DNA from: Candidatus Iainarchaeum sp.
GTDB lineage: Archaea > Iainarchaeota > Iainarchaeia > Iainarchaeales > CSSED10-239
NCBI GenBank assembly: GCA_937968065.1
Contig: CALBUD010000028.1
Coordinates: 1 to 5,592 of the forward strand
Direction: 5' to 3'
DNA: 5,592 bases
The number at the start of each line of letters is the position of its first letter. Position 1 is the stretch's first letter. The notes under the pieces were generated by a model that was given only the letters and a program-made list of their open reading frames with translations, did not search any database and had not been told where the DNA came from. Positions 5,219-5,592 of the stretch are shown here, one piece after another. Both the position numbers and the translations under genes were made by a program.

Positions 5219-5592
5219 TTAATCTTCAAAAAGATCATCTTCAAAAATAATTTCTTTTTTCTGTTTTTTTGGTTTTATCACAGAATGTTTAATTACAAAA
5301 TTTTTAATGGATTTTTCGAAAGATTTTTTAAATATTAAAATAATTGAAATTAATAAAATAAAAATAAGTATTAAATAATAAAAAATATCAGATTCTTTTG
5401 AAGTAAGTAATAAAAAACTTGGTTTTGGAGGTTTTTTTTCAAAAGCTAAAAGTTTAATTTCATTTGAAGAAATACTTTCCCAAAAAATAACATTTTTATT
5501 TAATTCTCCTTTTGGATAAGGATCTGTTATTAATAAAGGGTCATATATTTGTATAGTTAATTTAGATTCAGATGGAATCACATAAATATTAT
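5219..5592 (-). CDS. Hypothetical protein, C-terminal fragment (5' end outside window), with a single C-terminal transmembrane anchor and a basic-then-acidic cytoplasmic tail
   Basis: The reading frame is open from the window edge (5592) to the TAA at 5219-5221. The track's 'M' at 5581 is a GTG with no GTGA-type SD upstream, and the three codons above it (N-I-Y) contain no stop. There is no internal Met. One strongly hydrophobic segment, 'IFYYLILIFILLISIILIF' (nt ~5330-5386), is followed by the Lys-rich 'KKSFEKSIKNFVIKHSVIKPKKQKK' and an acidic end, 'EIIFEDDLFED'. I recognise no family. Confidence 0.5.
   Translation of the reverse strand, partial: NIYVIPSESKLTIQIYDPLLITDPYPKGELNKNVIFWESISSNEIKLLAFEKKPPKPSFLLLTSKESDIFYYLILIFILLISIILIFKKSFEKSIKNFVIKHSVIKPKKQKKEIIFEDDLFED

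Noticed and set aside
5579-5581. GTG at 5581 as the true start of the last ORF (120-aa protein).
   Set aside because: The frame stays open to the window edge and no GTGA-type SD precedes the GTG. The predicted topology (a soluble exterior part without any signal or N-terminal TM) makes more sense if a longer N-terminal portion exists upstream. The ORF is therefore treated as a partial CDS.
1-5592. Possible alternative genetic code (for example UGA or UAG reassignment), as seen in some AT-rich reduced genomes.
   Set aside because: TAA (aIF5A, pheT, last ORF), TAG (metG) and TGA (pheS) each terminate a protein at the position expected from homologue length. Conserved Trp positions such as 'KPWEL' and 'IAWGIG' are present in the standard-code translation. 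No in-frame stops interrupt conserved domains.
1-5592. A search for tRNA/rRNA/ncRNA genes, CRISPR arrays, IS/transposon ends, integrase or defence-system genes.
   Set aside because: Non-coding gaps are only 56, 27, 16, 7 and 30 nt, which is too short for any structured RNA gene or repeat array. No long inverted or direct repeats were evident on reading. Every large ORF has a confident housekeeping assignment except the partial edge ORF. There is no support for a novel system within this window.

Overview
This window is almost entirely coding (five ORFs, with gaps of 7-56 nt) and very A+T-rich. By eye it is about three-quarters A/T. The content points to an archaeon with a compact genome, but I cannot place the lineage from sequence alone. 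All recognisable genes belong to the translation apparatus. On the + strand is translation initiation factor 5A (aIF5A), with an intact hypusine-site motif. Converging on it from the - strand is a tight co-directional array: a partial membrane-anchored hypothetical protein, PheRS alpha (pheS), PheRS beta (pheT, archaeal/eukaryal short form), and MetRS (metG). All four complete CDSs have a GTGA/GGTGA Shine-Dalgarno-like motif 4-7 nt upstream of an ATG. TAA, TAG and TGA are all used as stops, so the code is standard. The convergent aIF5A/metG junction holds a 9-bp hairpin flanked by an A9/T9 tract, which looks like a bidirectional terminator. I see no RNA genes, CRISPR arrays, mobile elements, defence genes or unexplained repeats, and no intergenic space large enough to hide one. 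My honest assessment is that this is an ordinary housekeeping region with no evidence of a novel system inside it. Three things merit a second look. First, the MetRS is of the compact bacterial (Thermus/Gram-positive-like) type despite its archaeal neighbours. Second, three aaRS genes are fused into one apparent operon. Third, the unassignable C-terminally anchored ORF runs off the right edge of the window.
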